Assembly: GCA_947175035.1 (NCBI GenBank)
Contig: CAMWLG010000001.1
Location: forward strand, 26,982-90,981
From: an uncultured Lachnospiraceae bacterium
GTDB lineage: Bacteria > Bacillota > Clostridia > Lachnospirales > Lachnospiraceae
Direction: 5' to 3'
DNA length: 64,000 nucleotides
This document shows positions 44,303 to 54,311 of this stretch, piece by piece. The translations under genes were made by a program, and so were the position numbers. The notes beneath the pieces were generated by a model. That model did not search any database and had not been told where the DNA came from. It was given only the letters and a program-made list of their open reading frames with translations. Each line of letters starts with the position of its first letter. The first letter of the stretch is position 1.

Positions 44303-45175
44303 ATGAGCTTAGAATATACAAATGAAATCTGTGGCGAAGATAAAAACTTGATAAAAAATTATTTTGATGCAACAGGGGTTGATTTTGACAAGTATGTAAT
44401 TCCATTAGATCATAAATATGAACATGTTCTTACAGAGGAAGAGGAAAAGAAGTTAGAAGAGGGAAAACCTCTTTTTTCGGACTTGCAGGAAGGGCGTTGC
44501 GGGGCTGCACTCGCCTATATCAACAAAAGTACTGTTACAGAGGGTACAAGACCCAGAATCAAGTCTGCCCCATCCGGTTTTCCGACAGAAGAGAAGTATG
44601 TAGATGTGATCTTGCAGCGCTGCCATCTGATCGGATGTCAGTTGTTAAAAAGAAGAGGGAAGGAAGAGGATGATAAAGATGCAAATCTGAAAAGAATATT
44701 TACCGGTACTCGTTTTATGAATAATATCATGCTTTACTATGAAAAGCAGGTCGCTGAATATGTAGATGAAACAGACAATTGCGTATTATATCGTGTGCCC
44801 CCCTGTTTTGGGGACGCAAATAAGCTCGCTTATGGTGTTCAAATAGAGGCAAAGTTCTTTGATCAAGGAAAAGAGGAAGATAAAGAGAAGTCATTTAATA
44901 TTTTTGTGTGTAACAAGCAGCCGGGTATTGTTTTGAATTATGTCACGGGAGAGATTTGTCCTAAGGAATCAAAAGATATGATAAACGCAATGTTGGAAAA
45001 AGAGAGTATTTATGTGCTAAATAAGAGAAAGAAGAGATGTCATCTAAAAGGTTGTGCCAGTCTTGATTATAGTAATAGAACTATTGGGGATGACAGAAAG
45101 CGAGATCAATTGGAAAAAGCCAAATATCATTTTTGTGCGATTTGTGATTTGATACCTAGACGTGATGTTCTTTAA
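44303..45175 (+). CDS. DNA/RNA non-specific endonuclease (EndA/NucA-like) with C-terminal Ada-like Zn module
   Basis: GRCGAALA, RCHLIG, FTGTRFMN..M..YE, LYRV, GVQIEA; tail H..GC...C..C. ATG at 44303 follows AAGGAG. Confidence 0.8.
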   Translation: MSLEYTNEICGEDKNLIKNYFDATGVDFDKYVIPLDHKYEHVLTEEEEKKLEEGKPLFSDLQEGRCGAALAYINKSTVTEGTRPRIKSAPSGFPTEEKYVDVILQRCHLIGCQLLKRRGKEEDDKDANLKRIFTGTRFMNNIMLYYEKQVAEYVDETDNCVLYRVPPCFGDANKLAYGVQIEAKFFDQGKEEDKEKSFNIFVCNKQPGIVLNYVTGEICPKESKDMINAMLEKESIYVLNKRKKRCHLKGCASLDYSNRTIGDDRKRDQLEKAKYHFCAICDLIPRRDVL

Positions 45176-45354
45176 GATAACTGGCAGCCCCATTTTTTTT
45201 GCGGTGATAAATTCACGAAGACAGGAAACGCGCCGGACAGTGTCCGCCCGTGAAGGAAAGTATGGGAATTAGAAACCCAAATTCAAATTTTAAGGAGGTG
45301 CTGAGTAAATTAGAAAGGGACTGCTGACGGAATGAATGACGAAATACGGGGTAT

Positions 45355-45491
45355 TTTTGCCGGAATTACTTGAATTACTAATAGCCGTGAATTATAATGA
45401 TAAAACGGAGATGAACATTTGACGGCTGATAGACATTGTGAGAGATGACCTTATCATAAATAAGCTGCAGAGGTTTTTGCCTTTGCAGCTT
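45355..45491 (+). repeat. Bipartite direct repeat, copy 2
   Basis: Motif A' at 45355-45375 (20/21 identical to copy 1) and motif B' at 45461-45491, separated by 85 nt instead of 5 nt. Confidence 0.75.
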
Positions 45492-45533
45492 ATTTTGCGG
45501 CAGGAGCGACAAATCAAGGGGGAAGTCAATAAA

Positions 45534-45887
45534 ATGCTATGTGAAAAATGTAAAACACAAATGATTTATTTTCGTGAGAATTCAGTACAAGGGTGGACAT
45601 GTCCGGTTTGTGGCTGGGAAATATTAACAACATTTATTGATCAAATACATCAAGATATGACAGAATACAGTATATGCACAAAAAGAATTACGAATATTGA
45701 TCAAGACAAAATCAAGGTAATTTCCAAAATATCAGGGGTTAATTATATTGTTGCTAAGCAAATGCTTGAAAAAGAAGGTATTTGTATATTAAAAGCAAAA
45801 GCTATAGATATCCAAAAAGCAATATATGAGTTAGAAAAGGTAAATATACCATTTGAAGTAACCCCTGAGGTATCCTGGAATTATTGA
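45534..45887 (+). CDS. Zn-ribbon + L7/L12-C-terminal-like hypothetical protein
   Basis: CEKC...CPVCGW; SD AGGGGG; AT-rich. Confidence 0.65.
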   Translation: MLCEKCKTQMIYFRENSVQGWTCPVCGWEILTTFIDQIHQDMTEYSICTKRITNIDQDKIKVISKISGVNYIVAKQMLEKEGICILKAKAIDIQKAIYELEKVNIPFEVTPEVSWNY

Positions 45888-45921
45888 AATTGCGGAAGAA
45901 TCGATATAAGGAAGCAGAACT

Positions 45922-46207
45922 GTGGATAATATAATTTTTGAAAAATATGGCAAGATAATGAGCTTATTGAATTAAAAATATCTGCTAAATCAGAATTTGT
46001 TTCAGCTTATCAATGTGTTTATTGCCGGCTGACTGGTCAGGGCATGTAAAAATTGAAGTTGATGTTGAAATAGCTGATAATGACACACGAGATCATAGAT
46101 GTTGCTTTTATGTAAATAGTGAATTGGGGTTAATAGAGCAGTTAGGCATGTCATTAAAAGACTTGATAACAGAGCAAGTGGGATATGAAGTATGTTTGTG
46201 TAGGTAA
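45922..46207 (+). pseudogene. Degraded hypothetical gene
   Basis: GTG start with SD. Three consecutive protein-like frames (VDNIIFEK / IWQDNELIELKISAKSEF / LLPADWSGHVKIEVDVE) are joined only through frameshifts. Confidence 0.45.
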
Positions 46208-46260
46208 TTCATAAAAGCCTTGAAATATAATAAGATTCTGTAGATTGGGGAAAAGATAAA

Positions 46261-46737
46261 ATGATAAAAATTTACCGAACACATGATATGCCTCTGAAAT
46301 TCAATGTAGATACTCTGAGAGGGATGAAGCTGGATAATACGTGTTTTCACAGATGTTTACTAAATAATTTTAATATGTCTAATGCAAGTTTTGTAGGCTG
46401 CGATTTTTGTTCGGCAAAAATGCGAAAATCGGATTTTAACCATTCTAATTTTGATGAAAGTAGATTAATTATGGTGGAAGGAAATTCGAACTTTGATTAC
46501 TGCACATTTAAGAAAGCATTAGTATTACACAATAATTTTTGCGGTTCTTCATTCCAATATGCAGATTTTTCTGATTCAGTAATTAAAAACGACGATTTTT
46601 CCAAATGTGACTTAAGAGGTGCTAAAATCACATGTGATGGATTAGAAAGCTGTTCGTGGATAGATGCGATATACGATGACTCTACCTTGTGGCAGGAAGA
46701 TTTTAAGGCGTATGAATATGGGGCAATAAAAGTCTGA
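46261..46737 (+). CDS. Pentapeptide repeat protein
   Basis: A/S-x-F/L-x-x repeats (ASFVG CDFCS AKMRK SDFNH SNFDE; ADFSD; CDLRGAKI). Confidence 0.85.
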   Translation: MIKIYRTHDMPLKFNVDTLRGMKLDNTCFHRCLLNNFNMSNASFVGCDFCSAKMRKSDFNHSNFDESRLIMVEGNSNFDYCTFKKALVLHNNFCGSSFQYADFSDSVIKNDDFSKCDLRGAKITCDGLESCSWIDAIYDDSTLWQEDFKAYEYGAIKV

Positions 46738-46768
46738 AGTAACCTACATACAAAAGGGCGGTGATGAA

Positions 46769-47134
46769 ATGAATTCTAAGTGGGGATTATATCCATGGTT
46801 TATAGCACATGGTGCTGATTTGATATATCCTGCTGATTTGGAGGCTTTTATACAAGAGGATCCCTATTGTAAGGTGTTTGAATGTATAGAAGAAAGCGAC
46901 TATATAACATTAAGGTACAATAACAATTGCTTTAGAGTGAAGGATAAGTTGTTTGAAATTGTGCCAGCTCCAAAATATAGTTTTGGAGAAATTGTGAAAA
47001 TTAAAGAATCGGGAGAAGAGGCTATTATAAGAGATATTATATGGCATTATAAGAGACACGAGCCCTATTACTACTTAATATCTATTAAAGGCAAAAAGAA
47101 GTCAAAAAGATACTTTGAATCAGATTTCGAGTAA
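46769..47134 (+). CDS. Hypothetical protein (SH3-like, toxin-locus-associated type)
   Basis: WGLYPWF...; intact AT-rich ORF with SD GGCGGTG. Confidence 0.65.
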   Translation: MNSKWGLYPWFIAHGADLIYPADLEAFIQEDPYCKVFECIEESDYITLRYNNNCFRVKDKLFEIVPAPKYSFGEIVKIKESGEEAIIRDIIWHYKRHEPYYYLISIKGKKKSKRYFESDFE

Positions 47135-47219
47135 AGTATACTTAAACCCAAACACAGAGTTTGAGACAAAAATAGCACAATGACAAATCAATAAATTGAA
47201 ATAGAAAGACAGGTGACTT

Positions 47220-47771
47220 ATGGATAAAGAAATAAGAGCAGTATATACAAACAATACAATCAGAGTATATCAGGCATATAATAAATTTATTGCAAATGAA
47301 GCAGTTGCGAAAGGAACATTTGGAAGTAATTTCAAACGGGATAGAATGACATGGATAAAACCCTCATTTCTATGGATGATGTATCGATGTGGTTGGGCGA
47401 CAAAAGAAAATCAAGAATGTGTATTAGCTATTGATATGAAAAGAACAGCCTTTGATTATCTTGTAAATAATGCGGTTATGTCAACGTATCAAGAAGAACT
47501 TTATGGTAGTTATGAGGAATGGAAAACATTAATACATACTTCGGATATTCGAGTGCAGTGGGACCCTGAGCGGGATATCTATGGAAACCCGTTAAAATAT
47601 CGTTCTTTACAGCTTGGTTTAAGAGGAGAAGCAATCAGTAAATATGTGGAAGAATGGATAGTAAATGTGACGGATATTACACATTACGTCTTGGAACTGA
47701 AGGATATGATTTCTGTTAAGAAGGATATATCGGAATTGTTGCCTGACGAAAAGGTATATCAAATAAGCTAA
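47220..47771 (+). CDS. DUF4291-like family protein
   Basis: IRVYQAY, RMTWIKPSFLWMMYRCGW, VRVQWDPERD-like motif, RSLQLGL. Confidence 0.85.
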   Translation: MDKEIRAVYTNNTIRVYQAYNKFIANEAVAKGTFGSNFKRDRMTWIKPSFLWMMYRCGWATKENQECVLAIDMKRTAFDYLVNNAVMSTYQEELYGSYEEWKTLIHTSDIRVQWDPERDIYGNPLKYRSLQLGLRGEAISKYVEEWIVNVTDITHYVLELKDMISVKKDISELLPDEKVYQIS

Positions 47772-47914
47772 TGTAGGCAATTTCTGTGGTAGATGATGGG
47801 GCGTATGATTTTACGGTCTTTACAGTTGATATCCATTGCATTATTTGTAGAAAGTACACATGTCTACTCATAGTACTGAACTGTAGTTTTGGGAAGTATC
47901 CGGAGAATAGGATT

Positions 47915-48700
47915 ATGATAGAGTTTATTAAGGATAATAAGATTGAATTTCAACTAAATACAGATTTGCAAGGCATTGAGGACATACTTATGTATATTAA
48001 AGAGCTAAATAATAAAAATGTAAAATCTCCAAAAATATTATATTCAGGGACTACAAGGAATTTTGAAATAGAACTTGATACTGATGTAGATGAACTGATA
48101 ATTAGCAAAGATGTTGTAAAGATATATATGGACGATGAAGAACTGGAGTATTTTGAAGAAAGGTTAAAAGATGCCTTAATAAGTAGATGTTTTTATCCAG
48201 CAGAAATGTTTGAAAAAAAATATAAAAACAATTATGCGACTATATACTGCGATGTAACTATGAAATACTTGTTATTGCAGTTCGAGGAAGAAAAATTTTG
48301 GTTTGAATTAGATGATGAGGGATATGCATATCGTCAGATTGTATCGGATGAATATAACCAGATGCATGTTTCGTGTTTGGAGGATTGCCTTGTGGAAGAT
48401 CCAATTAATGAAGAGGATATAGACGGAAGTATTATTCATTTGACGGAGCAAGAATTTGATACTTTATGGCAATCTGTCTTAAAAAAGTACAGGAAGCAAT
48501 GGGAAGGCATTAAAAAGAGATATCCTGTCGGGGCTTACGTTCAAGGAGTGAATAGTTATTCTTATCCGCAAGGGACTATTATTAGAGGCAATGATTTTAT
48601 TGCAATATATACAGGTGATGAGCCCTTTTGTCTTAACAAATTAGTTCAATACAAAGTAAAAGCATATGATGATATGGATATGTGGTTGGTAGTTGGGTAA
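47915..48700 (+). CDS. Hypothetical, apparently a two-gene fusion (immunity-like)
   Basis: Likely start ATG 47915. An internal in-frame ATG at 48260 begins a distinct MKYLLLQFEEE...YAYRQI domain. Confidence 0.6.
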   Translation: MIEFIKDNKIEFQLNTDLQGIEDILMYIKELNNKNVKSPKILYSGTTRNFEIELDTDVDELIISKDVVKIYMDDEELEYFEERLKDALISRCFYPAEMFEKKYKNNYATIYCDVTMKYLLLQFEEEKFWFELDDEGYAYRQIVSDEYNQMHVSCLEDCLVEDPINEEDIDGSIIHLTEQEFDTLWQSVLKKYRKQWEGIKKRYPVGAYVQGVNSYSYPQGTIIRGNDFIAIYTGDEPFCLNKLVQYKVKAYDDMDMWLVVG

Positions 48701-48821
48701 ATGCAATGTCAGAAAAAAGCCATAAAACTGAAAAAAGCGATATGGAGGTGTATTGGAGCATAGTATCACAGATAAAAAATAAGCTGTAAATAGAAATACT
48801 GGAAAGGCTTGGTAAATTATA

Positions 48822-49274
48822 ATGCAGAATACCATATCTAGAGAAAAGGCAATTCAATTAATTAGTGAAATACGCGACGTTGTTGAAAGAAAAGTAGAGT
48901 TATCCAAGTATTACGGAAGTGCTTTTTTAGAAAGTAATGAGGAAAAAACAGAATTGGAGATAGAAATACAAGGTGTTAGTAACGGCTTTTTATCAGAGAT
49001 ATTATGTGCAATTACAGGCTATGATATTGAAGTTTGTGGAGAAGTGGAAAAGTTGTTCCCATGTCCTTGTTGTGGACTTAGAACATTAACCGAAATTTAT
49101 AATTTAAATGAAGGAACCGGTTATGATATATGTCCCTATTGTAATTGGGAAGATGATGGAACTACTGATATAAAAGATTATAGGTCCATTAATAGAGGAA
49201 GCATAGAGGATTATCGTAATAAAATCCAAAAAAATCATAACAAATATTATATAAATAAATGGTTTGAACAGTGA
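48822..49274 (+). CDS. CPCC cysteine-rich domain protein
   Basis: FPCPCCGLRTL...YDICPYCNWEDDG. Confidence 0.85.
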   Translation: MQNTISREKAIQLISEIRDVVERKVELSKYYGSAFLESNEEKTELEIEIQGVSNGFLSEILCAITGYDIEVCGEVEKLFPCPCCGLRTLTEIYNLNEGTGYDICPYCNWEDDGTTDIKDYRSINRGSIEDYRNKIQKNHNKYYINKWFEQ

Positions 49275-49352
49275 AATCAAACATAGATAAAACAATGAAA
49301 AACTACGAGGCATTTGAAAAAGGGTTTTGGATAGATGAGGGAGAGAATGCGA

Positions 49353-50081
49353 ATGAAAATCATTAAAAATACCATATTTATCTTATTGTTTCTAATCTTA
49401 AGTATTTCCACCGCTCTTTTGATATATCTGCACTTTTTTGCATCAAATGACAATGACCTTTCCGGGGAGTGGACTGCAGAGCTGGACATGACGGAGCAGG
49501 CCGCTGTCACAGCCCTCAGCTGGCTGCAGGACATAGAAGCCGTCTCCATATCTCTGGAGGATATGGAGGCCTATATGCAGGATTTGACCATTCAGGTGAA
49601 TCTGACTTTGGAGCAGACCGCCCGTTCTGAGGGAACCTTCCACTGCCGTATCCTGCCGGAAAGCTATGATGCCTGCAATCAGGCTGCCTACGAGGCATTT
49701 GCCGTGGCTTTTCGGGAGCTTGCGGCCGAGAGGCTTCGCATGGCGGGCTATACGGAAGGCACAGACGAGGAATCCGTCGAGGCTCTTGTAACCGAGACTT
49801 TTGGGATGTCCACGGTCGCCTATCTGATGACTTGCGGGCCGGCGCTGCTGCCTTCCATGGAAGAACTACAGGCCCAATATGACGGCAGTGGCACCTATAA
49901 AGCCGAAGAAGACATTCTGACCAGACAGTTTGACTCCGGAGCGTCTGTCACCACAAAGACGGAAGGCTATATCCGAAAGGATTCTATCCTGATTTTGTCC
50001 GAGGAGACCGATTCTGTTTCCTTTGGTTTCTTATCGGATCATTATCCCATGATATACACTTTGGAACAAACCCAGGATTAA
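49353..50081 (+). CDS. Membrane-anchored hypothetical protein
   Basis: N-terminal TM; GC higher than its neighbours. Confidence 0.7.
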   Translation: MKIIKNTIFILLFLILSISTALLIYLHFFASNDNDLSGEWTAELDMTEQAAVTALSWLQDIEAVSISLEDMEAYMQDLTIQVNLTLEQTARSEGTFHCRILPESYDACNQAAYEAFAVAFRELAAERLRMAGYTEGTDEESVEALVTETFGMSTVAYLMTCGPALLPSMEELQAQYDGSGTYKAEEDILTRQFDSGASVTTKTEGYIRKDSILILSEETDSVSFGFLSDHYPMIYTLEQTQD

Positions 50082-50122
50082 TCATTTGAGATGCGTGGGA
50101 AATGCACAGAAAGGAAGATTCA

Positions 50123-51589
50123 ATGAAAACAATCCTACATAAAATAAGTTTCTTAATAACAGGTTCCCTTATATTGCCCGCAATCCTGGTCTGTTCAACT
50201 TTGCCGATCAGAACAGCCGCGAGCTTCGAGATTTCCGGGAATTGTCAGGCACAGGCGGATAACGGTGACACATACACTGTAAAAACCCTGGATTATGATT
50301 ACGATCACAACACATATATCTCCCTGCGGGACATAGCCATGATCCTTAAGGATACGGACAAAGCCTTTTCTCTGGAAATCACGAAAAATACGGTCTCCCT
50401 GAATGTGGGAAATGCCTACACGCCCGTGGGAGAGGAAAATGTCCCTTGGGAAAGCGGCAGAAACCCAGACATTTCTCTGCGGCGAAACGAATTCAAGGTA
50501 AGCGGACAAAAGGTATCTTATCATACCCTGATTGTGAGACAGTCCTCCGGCTATTACGATTGTTTTATGATGGCGGCAGATATCGCCATGATCCTAGATG
50601 CGGACATCACTGTTTCCGATTCAGGCTCTTTGGAGATACACACACAGGAGCCTTTCAGCATCTCACCTGTTTCGTTGGAGCAGGCGGGCTATTTTTACGG
50701 TGTCAACAGCGTGCTGGTAGGAGATGCCACCACAGGGGAAATCTATTATCAGTATCAGTCCGAAGCGGCCTACCCCATAGCCAGCACCTCCAAGCTTATG
50801 ACTTGTCTTCTGGCTATGGATGCCATCTCGGCAGGTCAGATCACCCTTGAGGAACAGGTCACTATTTCTAATGCCGCTCAGGCGCTGGCCGTCTCAGGCG
50901 ATGGAGTGCTTCCATTGGAAGCCGGAAAACAGATTAGCGTACAGGAGCTTTTGCAGGGTGCCCTTCTGCCTTCCAGCAATGAATGCGCATTGTGCCTGGC
51001 TGAAACTATCGCTGGTTCGGAGGAAGCTTTTGTCCGAATGATGAATCAGAAAGCGCTGGATCTGGGACTTTCCCAGGCGGTCTTTTACAACTGCCACGGT
51101 CTGCCCTCCTACACGGAGGATACGGTTCCCTCAAAACGTCAGAACCGTATGAGTGCAGAGGATATGTTCTGGCTGGTATCTTACCTTTTGAAAGTTTATC
51201 CCCAGATCACGGACATCACTTCGCTGGAAAGTGTTGTCTTACCGTCTCTTGACCTTGAAGTGCGCAATACCAATCCGATTCTGCACAATCTGCCCGGAGT
51301 CACCGGCTTGAAAACCGGAACTACCAACAAAGCCGGAGCCTGTCTGGTCACTTCCCTGACTGTGGGTGACGGAGCCTTGGGACATGATCTGGTAGTTATT
51401 GTTCTGGGTACTGAGGATTCCATAGAGAGGGGGCGCGTTTCGGAATTGTTGGCCAGATACGCCCGGCAGACCTTTTATGCGGGCATAGAAACAGTGGAAG
51501 ACGGAGCATCTGCAAGGCCCTCTGAAAATCTGCCCATACACGCCGAGGCAGCAGTGGATTGGATTCTTCGGACTGCAAGAAAGCATTAA
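50123..51589 (+). CDS. D-alanyl-D-alanine carboxypeptidase (peptidase S11)
   Basis: IASTSKLMT (SxxK), PSSNE (SxN), GLKTGTT (KTG); signal peptide. Confidence 0.88.
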   Translation: MKTILHKISFLITGSLILPAILVCSTLPIRTAASFEISGNCQAQADNGDTYTVKTLDYDYDHNTYISLRDIAMILKDTDKAFSLEITKNTVSLNVGNAYTPVGEENVPWESGRNPDISLRRNEFKVSGQKVSYHTLIVRQSSGYYDCFMMAADIAMILDADITVSDSGSLEIHTQEPFSISPVSLEQAGYFYGVNSVLVGDATTGEIYYQYQSEAAYPIASTSKLMTCLLAMDAISAGQITLEEQVTISNAAQALAVSGDGVLPLEAGKQISVQELLQGALLPSSNECALCLAETIAGSEEAFVRMMNQKALDLGLSQAVFYNCHGLPSYTEDTVPSKRQNRMSAEDMFWLVSYLLKVYPQITDITSLESVVLPSLDLEVRNTNPILHNLPGVTGLKTGTTNKAGACLVTSLTVGDGALGHDLVVIVLGTEDSIERGRVSELLARYARQTFYAGIETVEDGASARPSENLPIHAEAAVDWILRTARKH

Positions 51590-51667
51590 TCGGCAGGATT
51601 GCCGACGACAGTGCTGCATAGGTACAATATAGGCACTATATTTTTCAAATATCAAAAGGAAAGAAAA

Positions 51668-52108
51668 ATGGAAATTATTATTGGTGAAGAGAACGTCAAC
51701 TTAGGAGATGGCGGTCAGATTACCGGAGAAATTTATTTTAAAATAAATGATTATTACTTTCCGGAAAGAAGATGGAATGATTTTTTTGTAACTATTTTAC
51801 AGTGGTGGGTTCATAATTACATAACTGCAATTAGATCTAATTCATACACGTTTGAATTTCATTTTATGGATGGTCCGTATTCGGTAAAAGCAGTTTTAAT
51901 AGAAAAAAATTTGTACGAAATTCGGTTGTTAATGACAAATGAAAATAATAATACAGAGATTGTGACAACACATGTTTGCCCAAAAGAACTGCAAGATATG
52001 TTAATAAAGGCATGTAAAAGGGCTTTTAAAGTACTATGGTTAGCAGAGATACCAAGTGATAAGGCTGTCGGGTTAAAAAGCTTATATGAGGAATTAAAAA
52101 AGTTATAA
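51668..52108 (+). CDS. Immunity-like hypothetical protein
   Basis: YFPERRWNDFFVTILQWW...FHFMDGPY; AT-rich. Confidence 0.6.
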   Translation: MEIIIGEENVNLGDGGQITGEIYFKINDYYFPERRWNDFFVTILQWWVHNYITAIRSNSYTFEFHFMDGPYSVKAVLIEKNLYEIRLLMTNENNNTEIVTTHVCPKELQDMLIKACKRAFKVLWLAEIPSDKAVGLKSLYEELKKL

Positions 52109-52227
52109 TCAAGCACATAATCTTGCTTTTTATGATTAGATTGAACTCTGTGATGATATGGAAGTTCCTGAAAATGGGTGTTATGTTAAGGAAACTGGCA
52201 TTATTATGGAGTAATGGGGAATATGAA

Positions 52228-52632
52228 ATGATAAATAAGATTATTGATAATATTACAACTTTGTTTGTGTTTATAATGACATGCGTAGTTAGTTTTGTTT
52301 TATCAGTAGCCCAAAGTAATGATGTCAATCTTAGTGGCAGAGATTTATTGATTTTTTTAATTGGATTTTGGGGAAGTGTGATATGTATAACAATACGATA
52401 TGTGTTTTTGTATTTGGAAGCAATAAAGCAAAATAGAGTAATTAAAAAGATATTTATGCTATTGTACTTAATAGTAGGAAGCGGTATGTTTATACTGATG
52501 TTGATAGTAGTTTTTCAATTAAGTGATTTTTCACTGAAACATGATGTTTTATCGTATTACAATGCATATCAAGTTTTTATGCTGTTGTCGTTAATATTCC
52601 AGTGGTTAGGAGAAAAGTTATTTGAAAAATAG
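52228..52632 (+). CDS. Four-TM membrane hypothetical protein
   Basis: Four hydrophobic segments; AT-rich. Confidence 0.6.
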   Translation: MINKIIDNITTLFVFIMTCVVSFVLSVAQSNDVNLSGRDLLIFLIGFWGSVICITIRYVFLYLEAIKQNRVIKKIFMLLYLIVGSGMFILMLIVVFQLSDFSLKHDVLSYYNAYQVFMLLSLIFQWLGEKLFEK

Positions 52633-52793
52633 TGTATCAAAGCTGTGGCATAACTGCTTTGAAAACTATACTTGTGTTCAAATAATTCATGATTTTGCAT
52701 CTGAAGGATGGGAACAACGTGCTGAGTACAATGATTTTGGGGACTGGATGTTGAGGATATCCAAGGTAAAAATAGCATTTGGAGGTAAGGGGT

Positions 52794-53257
52794 TTGAAAA
52801 TAAATAAATTGAGATTAAAGGATATTTTAAAAGATTACGAAGTCTGGGAACAGGAGTTTGAATATGCAGAAGTACCAGGTATTGCTGAAATATTTGGCTA
52901 TTATATCGTTTTTTTCGACCTGCAAAAGATTTATGCAATACAGTGGCTATTTCTATTTCGTCTGACGAATATGTAGAAACCTCACTAATTCCTTTTGCAA
53001 ATTTAGTTTTGAGGGCTTTGGATATGAACCTGAAATTTGGTGAAAGCACCCTTGAAGAAATCAATAGTATATACGGTACTGCTGATTGGAAGGATGATAT
53101 TTTTGTAGATGGGTATAGATATCATTATTTGATAAAACCTGATCTGCTGATGGTATTTACAATTAGGAAAAAAGTATTATGGGGTTTGGAGATTTTTACG
53201 GACGAGGAGATGGTTAAGGACATTGCTGATGATAGAAGATTGGATGCTATTTGGTGA
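52794..53257 (+). pseudogene. Frameshifted paralog of 57868..58332
   Basis: Split into ORFs 52779..52976 and 52943..53257 by a T7 run (52909-52915); the intact reading needs T8. Confidence 0.75.
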
Positions 53258-53380
53258 AAGCTTAGTTTTCAACGTTTTCTGGTAATCAGCTTATCATGAT
53301 ACGATAATAGGACAGCCTGCTCTTCACCACCCGCCTCAACGGAGCTTTCACAGCCTTTGTCCAGAGAAGGAAATGAATAT

Positions 53381-53758
53381 ATGATAATACGATATTTTGT
53401 TTATGCACAACAAAAAGATGAATCTATAGAAATAGTAGAAGATACATTAAAGATAATAGATGGCGATATTGTTTTAAAGGAATATTTAGTTATTGAGCCA
53501 TATTGGAAAATTGATGGCATGTATACGGTTGAACTAGGTATAAAATTTAATGACAAAACAAAACAAATCAAATCCTTTTTGGATAATTTATCAGATTACT
53601 GGATAACGTTTGGAGAGCCGGTGGATGAGATATTAACGTCTCAAAAAGGACAAAACTGCTATATTAAAGACAATAGAATAGAAATGATTAATATTTTTTT
53701 TGAGTTATCAAGTGATTCAAGATATAATGATACTGGTTTACAAATTGGCAAGCTTTGA
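53381..53758 (+). CDS. Immunity-like hypothetical protein
   Basis: IEPYWKIDG motif; AT-rich intact ORF. Confidence 0.6.
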   Translation: MIIRYFVYAQQKDESIEIVEDTLKIIDGDIVLKEYLVIEPYWKIDGMYTVELGIKFNDKTKQIKSFLDNLSDYWITFGEPVDEILTSQKGQNCYIKDNRIEMINIFFELSSDSRYNDTGLQIGKL

Positions 53759-53854
53759 AAATCATTTCTTTTTTATATTCATAATGTCATAAAGATACAT
53801 TTGGCTGGAAATATACTTACTGTATATCCCCAAAAGTAGCAGGAGGCTGTTGTA

Positions 53855-54193
53855 ATGAATTTTTATATAGGGAATTCAATAGATGAGATTAATTTCCAAG
53901 ATGACAACGTAGAATTTTCCGATGAGTTGCAACATTTTATCTATAAAATGGATATGAGAGGACAAGTGTCTATTGACGTGAGTAAATTGTGCCAGATTGA
54001 TCCCTATGATAATGTTAAAGTTTCTAAAAAAGATTTGCCTCAAATAACCGAAATATGCAATTATATTTTAGGCACAGAATTGCTTCAGAATTATAAGGGA
54101 CCAGATGAAGGCAGACAAATGTTGCAAGATTTATTAGAGATTACACAAAAAGCAATGTCAAGCGATTCAGGACTAGTTTCGATAGGAGATTAA
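53855..54193 (+). CDS. Immunity-like hypothetical protein
   Basis: SD AGGAGG; LCQIDPYD; ends in GLVSIGD. Confidence 0.65.
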   Translation: MNFYIGNSIDEINFQDDNVEFSDELQHFIYKMDMRGQVSIDVSKLCQIDPYDNVKVSKKDLPQITEICNYILGTELLQNYKGPDEGRQMLQDLLEITQKAMSSDSGLVSIGD

Positions 54194-54311
54194 TGATTGC
54201 CCCGTATATTTTATAGGTGGTGAATGATATCAACTTTGGTTTGATGTTGATGGTAATTATGCTGGATTAAAATGGAGTGGTCATACTTTAATGTTGTTGG
54301 GAGGAGACGAG

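Noticed and set aside
52622-52790. Short ORF (61 aa) between array genes
   Set aside because: No SD or recognisable motif; it may be a gene fragment but cannot be supported.
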